Part shown: positions 39,492 through 49,526 of the stretch, piece after piece
How positions within the stretch are numbered: the stretch's first letter is position 1
Layout of the letters: each line of letters opens with the position of its first letter
Source of the DNA: an uncultured Candidatus Binatia bacterium
GTDB lineage: Bacteria > Desulfobacterota > Binatia > Bin18
Assembly (NCBI GenBank): GCA_965214605.1
Contig: OZ243961.1
Coordinates: forward strand, 862,912-926,911
DNA: 64,000 nt
Direction of reading: 5' to 3'
The notes under the pieces: generated by a model
Told to the model about the DNA's origin: nothing
Database searches by the model: none
What the model saw: only the letters and a program-made list of their open reading frames with translations
Program-made: the position numbers and the translations under genes

Positions 39492-40245
39492 CAGCACCGC
39501 GGGAAGATTCTTAAGTTTGCTCCCGAGGGGCGGCGCCGGGTCAAGGAGCAGATAAAAAATGGGCTCTTTTGAATACTATCAGACCTCGTTCAGCTACCAG
39601 ATCAGCGAGACCGACGAAGAAAATTTCGTCGGGGTACCCGAGCAGGGCGGCAAGGACTTGATCTCGCCCGACCCATTGGCGCCCGGAACCATCTACAGCG
39701 CCTTGGTGAGCGGCGATGGCACAGCCGGCATGTACCGTCTAGAGATCGCTACCTCGTCTGGTAGCGGCAAGCTTAAGCTGGCCGGCGGCGTCTCTGGTGC
39801 AATGAAGGAATCAATCAACCGCACCTTCAGCTATCTGCTCGCCAACAAGGAGGCCTTTGGTGTCGCCCGCGAGGTCGACACGTTCGACTTCCATGCAGAG
39901 GTCCTCGACCTCTTTAGCAACAAGGTAGAGGCCGAGCTCGGTGTCGCCTTCTTCCTCGCCGCATACTCGGTCTCCCCGCAGCCCAGGCTTCTAGTCCTCG
40001 GCGACATGAGCGTCCAGGGCAACGTGAAGACCGTCCAGTCGCTCACCGAGCCGCTGCAGGTCGTCATGGACAACGGCGCCAAGCACGCCCTTATCCCCAT
40101 TAAGAATAAACGCCGGTTCTTCGAAGTGCCCCCCGACGTCTTCGAACACGCCGACCCCATTTTTATGGCGACCTTCGTCAGGCTGCATTCAAGGCGTTGG
40201 GGTTGGCCCAACGAAATTGGCACAGGGAGGGACCTTGTTCGATGA
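39492..40245 (+). pseudogene. brxL: BREX BrxL (Lon-like C-terminal domain) 3' remnant with homopolymer frameshifts
   Basis: ...ILKFAPEGRRRVKEQIK in one frame, then MGSFEYYQTSFSYQ...GMYRLEIATSSGSGKLKLAGGVSGAMKESINRTFSYL...LVLGDMSVQGNVKTVQSLTEPLQVVMDNGAKHALIPIKN... (BrxL/Lon C-terminal fold). The canonical tail FYGDLRQAAFKALGLA is in a third frame after a T5 run at 40160-40164. Confidence 0.6.
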
Positions 40246-42344
40246 GGATCAACCAGCTCGCAACGAAGGAGAACCTTAAGTTGGCTTGGCGGCGAATCAC
40301 GACCGGCAGCAACCGCCCATACAAATCTTTCTATCGATTGATCTATTACGCGTACGAGGTCGCGCTTGATGCGAATCTATCTGACCTTCGGCAACGCCTG
40401 ATCGGTGGTGCTTTCGAACCGCGCCACCCGGAGCGCATCTACATGCCGAAGGCATCGGGCCTTCATCGGCCGCTTGCACTGCTCAACATCGAGGATCAGA
40501 TCGTCCTTCAGGCGTTCGCGAACCTCGCAGCAAAGCGAATGCACAAGAAGCGCGCTCCACTTCAGTTCGAGGTTGTGTTCAGCAATATCCTTCAGAAACC
40601 GGATAGCATCTTCTTCTTCCAGCGCTGGCAGTACACGTACGGGGCGTTTCAGCGACAGATCAAGAAACATTATGCGGACGGAATGCGATGGGTCGGCGAC
40701 TTTGACCTTGCCGCATTCTACGACACCATTTCTCACGAGCTTCTTCTCAGGACTATCTATCCACGCACGAAGCACGACGCCCTGCCTTGGATCGCGAAGT
40801 GTTTGAAGACGTGGAGCTCCGACCAGGCAGCCTCCGGACACGGGCATGGGTTGCCTCAGGGCCCGCTCGCATCCGACTTCCTTGCTGAGTGCTTTCTCCT
40901 TCCCATAGACTTCGCATTGCAGAAACGCCGGGGCTATACGAGGTACGTCGACGACGTACGGCTCTTTGGCACAACAGAGGATGAGGTTCGCGCCGATCTG
41001 ATAGAGCTCGAAAATCATTGTAGAGAGCGGGGTCTCATCCCGCAGACCGGCAAGTTCGCGGTCAGGCGTGCTCACAAGGTGCAGGACGCGCTGGGGATGC
41101 TGCCTAGCATCTCTGACCCACAACATGAAGAAGCTGGGAAGGAAAAAATCAATAAGAAGCAAGCACTCGACGCCTTTCGCTCTGCAATTGGGGGGAAACC
41201 GTACCGAGTGATCGACAAGACTAGACTTCGGTTCGTTCTCTACCGTGCGGAGCCGGATACGGATTTGCTTGAGCTGGTTCTACGTCTGCTCCCGCGTCAC
41301 CCCGAGCATGCAGATGCTTTCTTCGCCTACCTCGGCCAATTCGGTTACCGGAAGCCGATCGAGCGACTCTGCCTTGATCTCGTTCGGAGCAATCCGTATC
41401 CATACGTTCGCGGAGAAGCGTGGCATGTGCTGGCGAAGTACATCCGCAAATCAAGGTCAGAGGCCGCGAGCAATCTCCGAGCCCTTACAGACCGCGCGGT
41501 GAACATCGCCAAAAATAAATCCCAGGAGAGCTTCATGGAGAAGTGGGGAGGCTGTCACTTCTTGTGCGTCTCGGAAGAACTGACCGCACGACGTCACAGT
41601 GGACGGCTGAGGAAACAAGCAGCGTTGTTGCAATCGCTATTGGCGCCTGTTCTTCCGGATAGTGCTTTTGGAAAGGGCGGGGTCGTCAGGACGTTTCTTT
41701 CGCATAGCAGCCCGGAGCCTGGACTCTCGGTTTGCTCTGCCCTGTATGAGCGCGGCCTGATGCCATCTTCGTTCGGATTGAAAGTCGCGGAACTTCCCTC
41801 CCAAGTGGCCCATACGCTCCGAGAGCTGAGGGTGATCTCGTCGCCGCCGGGCCCGAAAGTTGATCCCATTTCTGAGATTCTAAGCGCCCGATACAGGGTG
41901 CCACAAGGCAAGTCGTGGCGCACGCTGTTGGCGGCCGAGTATGTCCATGCACTCGGCCTTCTGAAGCAGGCTGAGGCGGTCTTCGACAGCGGGCGTTCGT
42001 TCTGGTTGGCATGTCAGAATTCGTTCAATCAGACCGTATTCTTGGCTTTGCAGCGTCACCTGTCCGCGACGAGGCACCCAGCGGCTTGCGAGACGGTCGA
42101 TAAGAAAGGGCGGGTGGTCGATTTCGGTGTGACGCTGGTCGCCAACGGACCTTTCTCGAAGAGCTGTCCGACGATCGGTGACTGCTTCCGCGACATGAAC
42201 ACGCGTCGCAATCATCTACCGGTCTCGCACCCCTACGAGAAGAAGACCGCAGCTCGATCGCGTCACCTCAAGAAGCGAGAGAGGGACCAATTTGTTGACA
42301 AATTGCGCACAGCCTACGCACATTTTGTCGCGCTAATGCCTTGA
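40242..42344 (+). CDS. reverse transcriptase with C-terminal alpha-helical (HEAT-like) repeat region; UG/Abi class-1-like defence RT
   Basis: RT motifs PKASGLHRPLALLNIEDQIVLQA (1-2), GDFDLAAFYDTISHELL (3), HGLPQGPLASDFLAE (4), YTRYVDDVRLFG (5, YxDD) and GLIPQTGKFAV (6). About 400 aa of helical sequence follow (for example NPYPYVRGEAWHVLAKY). ATG at 40242 is preceded by GGGAGGGA. Confidence 0.85.
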   Translation: MRINQLATKENLKLAWRRITTGSNRPYKSFYRLIYYAYEVALDANLSDLRQRLIGGAFEPRHPERIYMPKASGLHRPLALLNIEDQIVLQAFANLAAKRMHKKRAPLQFEVVFSNILQKPDSIFFFQRWQYTYGAFQRQIKKHYADGMRWVGDFDLAAFYDTISHELLLRTIYPRTKHDALPWIAKCLKTWSSDQAASGHGHGLPQGPLASDFLAECFLLPIDFALQKRRGYTRYVDDVRLFGTTEDEVRADLIELENHCRERGLIPQTGKFAVRRAHKVQDALGMLPSISDPQHEEAGKEKINKKQALDAFRSAIGGKPYRVIDKTRLRFVLYRAEPDTDLLELVLRLLPRHPEHADAFFAYLGQFGYRKPIERLCLDLVRSNPYPYVRGEAWHVLAKYIRKSRSEAASNLRALTDRAVNIAKNKSQESFMEKWGGCHFLCVSEELTARRHSGRLRKQAALLQSLLAPVLPDSAFGKGGVVRTFLSHSSPEPGLSVCSALYERGLMPSSFGLKVAELPSQVAHTLRELRVISSPPGPKVDPISEILSARYRVPQGKSWRTLLAAEYVHALGLLKQAEAVFDSGRSFWLACQNSFNQTVFLALQRHLSATRHPAACETVDKKGRVVDFGVTLVANGPFSKSCPTIGDCFRDMNTRRNHLPVSHPYEKKTAARSRHLKKRERDQFVDKLRTAYAHFVALMP

Positions 42345-42724
42345 TGCAGGTTTCCCGTCGTGTCGTAGTTTTACCTTGCAGTTTCCGCCGACGGTGCTTG
42401 AGGCGCCGCGAAGTAAGGCCGAGCTATCGCTGGGATTGACAACGGAAAACTCAAATACCTTACTTCCATACAGAATTTGTTGATGACGATTCGGGCACCT
42501 TCTGGAACAAGCGGCCGATTATTGGACGCCCCTTCGGTGCGGGTAGTCATCCATGTTTTGACCTGCTGTCATCCCTAAGCCGTCACCTGTGCTTCGCGAC
42601 CTCGGCGGTCGCCGCCTCTGGCGCGAATTTCAAAGCTATCCCTGTTGTGACTCTCGGCCTCTATGTACCCCACTGATATACGAAGTCCATCAGATCAGCG
42701 ATTGGGGGTTTCGGAATCGCTTAC

Positions 42725-44632
42725 GTGCCGGGAGCTAGCTCTCAGGCGACGCACAATCTGACTATCTCCTTACGCTCGAACGATGAACCAGAGGCGATGT
42801 TGAAGCCCGTGATGCTGGAACACGGATTGTCCGCCAATGGTGAGCAGTCGATACAGGTCCTGGCAAACCTTCGCTCGCCGTCCGGTCAGCTAGCGTTGAA
42901 GTTGATTTCCGCAAGGACGCAACAGACAGAAGCGCTCGGCTTGGCGTTAGCGAGGCTTTATCTAGAGTATCAAGGCGCGCTGGACAACCAAGTCGTTGTT
43001 CCTTTAGATGCGCACGCCGACCTTTATCCGTCAAGCGCCGAGTCCGACGAGGTTAACGATACTATTAATCTGCAACGGACTGACTCACGCAGATTCTTAG
43101 CGAGCAGTTTATACCGAATGTGCCAAAGCTCGATACAGTGGCCTTTATCGCTCCTGAGAGAGCCCAGATCAACGTCCTGGTCAGTAGATGAGATCTGGGA
43201 TGATGAACCGGAGTCACCGGTCACCCCGACGGCAGCCTCGGCTGAGGCGGCAGAACCTGCGCCGGCACAAGAACAACCAAGTGAAAAAAGGATATCTGTC
43301 GAGCAAACATCTCCGCCGTCCAATGCTGCTGAAGGTGACAACGAGGACGAACAGGGCACCACCGCATCTTCCGGCTCGGAAGCGCCTGTTGATCCAAAGA
43401 TTGAAGCACGAGAGCGCCTAGTATCCGAGCCTGCACCTCATGCCGAAGGAGGTTTCGGGCCAGAAGGTCGCCCTGGGACCTTAATCATGCTCACACGATC
43501 AGTCTCTTTGGAGTCCAAGGCGGCGGCAAGAGCTACACGCCAGGAACGGTGATTGAGATGGCATCCATGCCGCTTCAGCACATCAATAGTGCTTCCAGGC
43601 CCGCTGGCGACCGTGATATTCCACTACAGCCCGACGCAGGATTATGCGCCGGAATGTACCTCGATGATCAATGCCAACTCGGTTGAAGAGGAGGTCCGCA
43701 GTCTCCGTGAGCGTGACAAGGCAAATCCAGAGGTGTCAGAAGGATGTGTTGATCCTTGCCCCGGCAAAGAAGGTGGACGATCGCCGAGCCGAGTACTCGG
43801 ATATCGAGGTTAAGCCGACTGCCTTCTCTGCCTCCGAGCTCAAGACCGCGCACCGGAAGTTTCTGATGGGAGCGATTGGCGGTCAGCACAAGCACATGTA
43901 TATGCGCCAAATCAATCTCATCATGAGGGGGCTTCGGGGCAACCTGACGTTGGATGCGCTGCGAGCAGGCATTGTGCTAACTCTGGTCTGTCCGACCACC
44001 TCAAAGAGCTGGCCCAGACGCGGCTATTGTTTGCTGGCGAATACATAGACGACCAGCAGCGGTTCAGGACCTGATTCGCCCCGGCCGCTTGATCAGCGTG
44101 GATCTGCGTTATGAGTACTATGAGTACATTGAGAAGGACGAGGCGCTTGGGCTGTTCGTGGTAATGCTGCAGATCTTTTCGGAAGCAGCCTACCAAGGGC
44201 GTGCTTTCAATGAGTTAGTGGTTTTCAATGAAGCTCACAAGTACGTCGGGAACGATGATCTCGTGGTCCGGTCTTGTTGAGGTTGTGCGCGAGATGCGCT
44301 ACAAGAGGACCAGTACCATGGTGGCTTCTCAGGACCCACCATCAGTACCCGTCTCCCTCATTGAGCTGTCATCGCAGATCATCATGCACAAGTTCAACTC
44401 GCCAGCCTGGTTGAAACACATCCATAAGGCGAATGCTGCGCTTGGTGAGCTGACCTCCGACAAGATGAGCCACCTCGGAACCAGGGGGGAAGCCTACGTG
44501 TGGTCGAGCAAGGCCTCGGATGAGGCGTTTACTCGGGGAGCGGTGAAGATCACGCGGGTCACCCAGCATGGCGGCAGCACAAAGACCGCTGTTGGCTCAG
44601 GGGCAGGCTGGGCTCAAGAACGGAGAGGGTAA
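42725..44632 (+). pseudogene. DptH/HerA-like (DUF87 FtsK-HerA type) ATPase, multiply frameshifted
   Basis: The fragments ISARTQQTEALGLALARLYLEYQG...VVPLDAHADLY, a Walker A SLFGVQGGGKSYT (frame shifted near 43500-43560), Walker B-like FNELVVFNEAHKY and ...VREMRYKRTSTMVASQDPPSVPVSLIELSSQIIMHKFNSPAWLKHI...GEAYVWSSKA...VTQHGGSTKTAV are spread over all three frames. Confidence 0.6.
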
Positions 44633-44797
44633 AACCGAGCGGCACCACAACTTCCGGCCGAGGGCTGGCTCCGACCACTCTGGCGGGGAGGCAAGCGACA
44701 ACAAATGGGACTCCGTTTTGCGTCCGGGATGGCGTAGATGCAGGGTCTGATGTCTTGTGCTTGGGAAGTCAGGACGGAATCTGGAGAGGAGTCTTGA

Positions 44798-46492
44798 GTG
44801 GCGAAAGCTGAGGCGACGGTTGAAGAGCTCGTTGGCATGATTGAGCGGGGGGAGTTGCGGCTTCCCGAGATGCAGCGCCGATACGTTTGGCGTTCACCCC
44901 GGGTCAGAGATTTGCTTGATTCCCTGTATCGAGGTTATCCATCGGGTGCGATCCTGCTATGGGAAACTGACGAAGATGTGCCGCTTCAGGATTTCGCGAT
45001 CACACAGCAGGGAACCTCTTATCAGACAACGCGGCTGTTGCTTGATGGTCAACAGCGTCTGACTTCGCTTTCGGCCGTGATTCGAGGCGAACCGGTGACG
45101 GTTCGTGGTCGCCGTAGACCTATCGAGATCTTGTTCAACCTGGAGCACCCCGAGGATCTTGCAGTAGTCACCGAAGTGAATGAGGACTCGGATGAAGAAG
45201 AGGGGCGGAGCGAAGATGAGGTCGATTCGACAGAGAATGAGCTGCAGGCGCGTTTCAACCGGATGACTTTCGTAGTGGGTACGCGGAAGCTCGAGCAGCT
45301 GCCACACTGGGTGAAAGTCTCGGACGTATTCAAGAGTGAAAGCGATAGACCCTTTTTGAAGCGTGCAGGCATTAGTGACCTCGACGATCCGCGCGCGGAA
45401 AAATATAGTCAACGACTCGCGCGACTCCGCGGCATTCGCAGGTACGTGTACCGGATGGACATTCTCGAACGGTCATTGCCCTACGACGAGGTCACAGAAA
45501 TCTTTGTCCGAGTGAATTCCCTGGGGACGAAACTGCGCGGTTCGGACCTCGCGCTAGCTCAGATCACAGCCAAATGGCGGGGTGCTCTGAGGATATTCCA
45601 AGACTTTCAGGAGGAGTGCGCGAAGTCTGGTTTCGATCTTGAGCTCGGAACTTATTTGAGGAACCTCGTTGCGTTCGCAACCGGGCAGTCGGGCTTCCTT
45701 ACTGTCGGCAGTCTCTCTCTCGAACGACTGCGGACAGCGTGGACCGAGTGCGTAGAGGGCATGCAATTTGCCCTGAATTTCTTGAAAAGCAACGCATCGA
45801 TTGATAGCCCAGCGTTGCTGTCCTCTCCGTTCCTGATTGTGATGCTGGGCTACTATGGGCATACAAGAAACTACGAACTGGTCCCCGAAGAAGCGGATCG
45901 GTTGCGGCACTGGGCTCTAGTGGCCAATGCCAAAGGACGCTACTCTCGGGGCTCAACCGATACCTTCCTGGACCAAGACCTGGCAACGGTTCGACAAGGC
46001 GGCGGGGCGGAAGAGATGTTGGAACGCCTACGCTTGCAGGTCGGACGACTGGATATTGCCCCCGGGGAGTTAGAGGGTCGGAATCGGAGTAGCGCCGTTT
46101 TCAAGACAATGTTTCTCGCTTTCCGTTCCGGAGGGGCGAGAGACTGGCGTTCGAACCTCCAGATCGCACTTGATCACAGGGGATCAGGGCATCGCCTGCA
46201 GTTCCACCATATCTTCCCAAAAGCGATCTTGAAGAGCAGCTACACCGCGCGAGAAGCGGATGATATCGCGAACCTGGCATTCATAGGCGGGAGGACCAAC
46301 CGCCAGATCAGCGACAAGGCGCCGGAGAAATATTTTCCCGGACTCATTCAGGAATCCGGTATCGCTCCGTTTGAAGCGCAATGTATCCCGACTGATAAAA
46401 CCTTGCTGGGTGCGGATGCCTACAAGAAGTTCCTGAGAGAACGGCGAAAGCTGGTGAGCCGACGGCTGAATGAATTTCTCGGGATCGAGTAG
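44798..46492 (+). CDS. DUF262 (ParB-like, DGQQR) + C-terminal HNH/DUF1524-like nuclease protein (GmrSD/SspE-like)
   Basis: LPEMQRRYVW...SLYRGYPSGAILLW...LLLDGQQRLTSL (DUF262). C-terminus has RLQFHHIFPKAIL...ANLAFIGGRTNRQI (HNH-like). Confidence 0.85.
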   Translation: MAKAEATVEELVGMIERGELRLPEMQRRYVWRSPRVRDLLDSLYRGYPSGAILLWETDEDVPLQDFAITQQGTSYQTTRLLLDGQQRLTSLSAVIRGEPVTVRGRRRPIEILFNLEHPEDLAVVTEVNEDSDEEEGRSEDEVDSTENELQARFNRMTFVVGTRKLEQLPHWVKVSDVFKSESDRPFLKRAGISDLDDPRAEKYSQRLARLRGIRRYVYRMDILERSLPYDEVTEIFVRVNSLGTKLRGSDLALAQITAKWRGALRIFQDFQEECAKSGFDLELGTYLRNLVAFATGQSGFLTVGSLSLERLRTAWTECVEGMQFALNFLKSNASIDSPALLSSPFLIVMLGYYGHTRNYELVPEEADRLRHWALVANAKGRYSRGSTDTFLDQDLATVRQGGGAEEMLERLRLQVGRLDIAPGELEGRNRSSAVFKTMFLAFRSGGARDWRSNLQIALDHRGSGHRLQFHHIFPKAILKSSYTAREADDIANLAFIGGRTNRQISDKAPEKYFPGLIQESGIAPFEAQCIPTDKTLLGADAYKKFLRERRKLVSRRLNEFLGIE

Positions 46493-46503
46493 GCGACTCG
46501 AGA

Positions 46504-46680
46504 TCAGAGGCCAATAAGTGCAGCGATTGCTTTGTCCGCCTCGTCCCCGGGCGTCGCGTTTCGGTTCCCGAGCTTTTTCGGCTTAGGCAGCTTGCCGTCC
46601 CTCCTTAGCCGCCAAATCGTCATTTCGGAGCAGCCTCCGAGTTTCTGACGGAGCTGCTTGGCGGTGATCACTCGGAGCAT
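46504..46680 (-). CDS. alpA: AlpA-family (phage P4-type) HTH transcriptional regulator / excisionase-like, 58 aa
   Basis: Reverse translation MLRVITAKQLRQKLGGCSEMTIWRLRRDGKLPKPKKLGNRNATPGDEADKAIAALIGL, preceded by GGAGAG. Below the track's 60-aa cut-off. Confidence 0.7.
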   Translation of the reverse strand: MLRVITAKQLRQKLGGCSEMTIWRLRRDGKLPKPKKLGNRNATPGDEADKAIAALIGL

Positions 46681-46825
46681 CCACCGTCTCTCCTGCCATA
46701 TCAGGTCTTAACGCTTGGTGATGCTACTGATGGCGCTGGAAATCGCCGCAGGAAACCAATGCAATCGGCGTCGTGGTTTTCAAGTCGCTGAGCTTCCAGA
46801 GGAAAACAGATCAGACGCTAAGCCC

Positions 46826-48307
46826 GTTGATCACCGCGCCTCCGCCGATGCCTTCGCCACAGAATTGAGGTGGTCCGCCCACCACTGCATCATCCGGGTT
46901 CGTTCTTCGAACCGATCACTCCGGTCGTAGGTGCCCTTAACCTTGTTCTGCTCCGTGTGAGCTAGCGCCCGTTCCACGGCATCAACGGACCATATGCGGT
47001 GCTTTTACCGTCGACCTCGGCGACAGCCTCATTGAGGAGCGTCGAAGCGAGGGCGCGGAAACCGTGGACGGTGGTGAATCCGGTACACGGCGAAGATCAT
47101 CGTGTTCTAGCTCGCCGGTTTGTCCTCAAGGCGGCCGGGCATCAGCCACCGCGAATGGCCCGATACCTTGCGAAGCTCCTCAAGCGTGGCGAGCGCCTGC
47201 TGTGACAGAAAGATGCGGTGTTCGCGGCGGTTCTGCATCCGTTCCCCCGGGACCGTCCACACGCCTTCCTCACAATCGAACTCCGCCCACCTCGCTTCGC
47301 GGACCTCGCTGATGCGCGCCAGGGTGAGGATCAGCAGCCGCAGTCCCAGCCGGGTTGCCGCATCGCCGTTGTAGGTCTCAAGTCCATGCAGGAACCTCGG
47401 TAGTTCGTCGGCGGCGAGGGCGCGGTCTGCTCGCTCTCCTTGCGTGGCTTCAGGTTATCGTGGAGCTCGCCGGCAGATTGACCTTGCGGTAGCCGAACGC
47501 GACGGCGCGGGAGAACACGGCCCACATGCGCTGCAGCACGCGCGTCGCGATCTCGCCAGCGCCGCGGTCCTCCATGCCCTCGATCAGGGCCATGATCTCG
47601 CGCGGTTGGATCTCGTCGATGGGGCGCGGGCCCAGGGTCGGCAGGATGTCAGTCTCGAAGGATCGCCATACCTAGGAAGCGTGCTTGCGGGGCGAGCCGG
47701 GCGTTTGTCGCGGGTACCACTCCTTGGCGACGGAGAAGAAGGTCGGGATCGATGAGTCGACCGCCTGTTTCTCTGCCTGCTTGGCGGCGGAGGGGTCGTC
47801 GAGCTTACGGGCATTCTACCATTTCTCGCAGGCCTCGGCCAGGGCGACTTTGGCTGAGGGGCTTCTCCCATGACGCGGGGGCCTTGCCGCGCCAGAGCTT
47901 GCCGCCAGCCGAGGTCACGAACACACTGTCGGCCAGCCGGAGCTTCCCCGCGTTCACGGGCACCACGAAGGTCGCACCGCGTCGGGCCAACTCCTCAACC
48001 AATTCCATCACCAGCGCGCGATTGCTCGACCTCAACCGTCGGCACCACCGTGAGGTCACCCGAGATGTAAAATGATGAATTTCGCGAACGGGCCCGCTTT
48101 CCCCGCCCTTGTACTCCTGATCCCCGTCTTGTCCCGAACGCTTCGGCTGAGCTCCACGATGAGACGATCGGCCTGACCGTGGTACTCCTTCCACTTGTCG
48201 GCCGGAAGGCGGAGCACGTTACTATCAAAGGAGCGAATCTGAGTGTTCGTCAGGGGCAGGCTGCACCCCTGTTTATCTTCGATTCGTTCACCAAACCGCT
48301 CTTTCAT
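46826..48307 (-). pseudogene. P4-type tyrosine recombinase (integrase), multiply frameshifted
   Basis: Recognisable blocks in different frames: ...DILPTLGPRPIDEIQPREIMALIEGMEDRGAGEIATRVLQRMWAVFSRAVAFGY; RLGLRLLILTLARISEVREARWAEFD; REHRIFLSQQALATLEEL; TVHGFRALASTLLNE; AVERALAHTEQNKVKGTYDRSDRFEERTRMMQWWADHL*. The N-terminal third (47.9-48.3 kb) is assigned less securely. Confidence 0.7.
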
Positions 48308-48942
48308 GTCGCTATGCCGAAGTGCCGCCGGACCTCGCCGGTGCCAACAAACTGCGACAGTAGCCGGTAGTTCTGCTTTTGGTGCCGGACCCTGCCCGCG
48401 ACAATCGCCGGATGAATCCCGAGTGCTTCTGCCAAATTCATGACGGCCATGGGCGTCGGATGTGCCTTCACGGCGTTCGCCTCCCAGACCGCCTTTGGTA
48501 TGAGAGCCTCTTCCGCCCAGTCATCCGCCTGCCTCTCTCGCAGATCTTCCCGTCCGCCTTCCACTTTGCGGAGCGTCAAGTCATCGACGAAGGCATTGCC
48601 CTTGTCGTTGTCCAGGTGCCGGCCGACATGGGCCAACTCGTGCAGTAGGCAGAACCAAAAATTGTCGATGCAGTCGTGGCGCAGGGTCAGCCTGACGACC
48701 GGCCGTTCATCACCGAGCCGCAATGCCGCTCCGTCGAGATATGTTTGTGGCAGATGGTGTACGATCACGAGCGGAATCCCGCGTCTGGCCAGAAGTTCCT
48801 TGGCCAGACGCGGCCTCTCCCCGGAGCAGCTCAGTTGTGCCACCTTCTTGAGAAAGTCCACAGTGACGGCGCCGCGCTTGTAGTTCACCTGCGGCCGCTC
48901 CTCGTTCGTCTTCGCCAGAACCTGCCAGCACCAAGCTTTCAT
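48304..48942 (-). CDS. ImmA/IrrE-family zinc metallopeptidase (possibly N-terminally frameshifted)
   Basis: HEXXH motif FCLLHELAHVGRH plus the C-terminal helical part. A likely original N-terminus (MAKLNWIPGG... from 49102) is in another frame, with the shift near 48950. The stop overlaps the integrase ATG (ATGA). Confidence 0.7.
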   Translation of the reverse strand: MKAWCWQVLAKTNEERPQVNYKRGAVTVDFLKKVAQLSCSGERPRLAKELLARRGIPLVIVHHLPQTYLDGAALRLGDERPVVRLTLRHDCIDNFWFCLLHELAHVGRHLDNDKGNAFVDDLTLRKVEGGREDLRERQADDWAEEALIPKAVWEANAVKAHPTPMAVMNLAEALGIHPAIVAGRVRHQKQNYRLLSQFVGTGEVRRHFGIAT

Positions 48943-49123
48943 GGGGATCCATCTTGGCGTTTGCGCGCACGTGATCGTTCTTCCGGTGGAGTACGGCGCC
49001 GGCAACCTTCGCTCCTCCCGCACGAGTGATCAGATCACGGATGATCTCATCCGCGCGCTCCACGAGATTGGGGCCGCCTGGAATCCAGTTCAGCTTCGCC
49101 ATCGCCTTGACGGGAAACCGGCT

Positions 49124-49525
49124 CTACTCCATGTCCGCCAGCGGATCGCTGAGCTCGACCCCCGCCTCGCGCAGGAGCACGTCCGCGGGAATCCCAAGAT
49201 GCTTGTGGAGCGTACGGGCCATTGGCATGGTAATCGCGCGCTTGCCGGATAGGACCTCCGAGACCTTGGCGCGACTCCCGATGCAGGGGATCAGATCGCG
49301 CGGGCTCAGGTTCTCCTGTTCCATGCGGAACTTGATCGCAGCCACCGGGCTGGGATAGCCCATCGGCTCGTGCTTGCTCTCGTAGAGCTCGACAAGGTCG
49401 GCAAGAACGTCGAGTTCGTCGAACTCGACGGTGCTCGGCTCTGCGCTCATCAGCGCGTCGATCCGCGCAAGCGCGGCCTCGTAATCTTTCTTGGTCCGGA
49501 TCGGCTTGATCTTGCTATTAGCCAT
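49124..49525 (-). CDS. higA: HigA-type antitoxin (XRE HTH)
   Basis: IRTKKDYEAALARIDALM...DELDVLADLVELYE...IKFRMEQENLSPRDLIPCIGSRAKVSEVLSGKR is the typical HigA/COG5499 layout. Begins 1 nt after the higB stop. Confidence 0.8.
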   Translation of the reverse strand: MANSKIKPIRTKKDYEAALARIDALMSAEPSTVEFDELDVLADLVELYESKHEPMGYPSPVAAIKFRMEQENLSPRDLIPCIGSRAKVSEVLSGKRAITMPMARTLHKHLGIPADVLLREAGVELSDPLADME

Positions 49526-49526
49526 C

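Noticed and set aside
39559-40245. 228-aa Lon-like ORF as an independent gene translationally coupled (ATGA) to the RT
   Set aside because: The apparent AAGGAG RBS is the in-frame BrxL codon string K-E-Q. BrxL-like sequence continues upstream in another frame, and the native C-terminal tail is in a third frame. It is therefore interpreted as a brxL relic.
40160-40245. Programmed frameshift producing a Lon-like-RT fusion protein
   Set aside because: A T5 run alone is not a recognised slippery site plus stimulator. The RT has its own GGGAGGGA RBS and ATG, and the upstream gene is otherwise broken. It is reported only as an observation to verify in the reads.
40242-42344. Group II intron maturase, retron or DGR reverse transcriptase
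   Set aside because: There is no maturase X or endonuclease domain and no flanking intron RNA signatures. No obvious a1/a2 inverted repeats or msr-msd-like structure were seen next to it, and there is no template/variable repeat pair. The helical-repeat C-terminus fits the UG/Abi class better.
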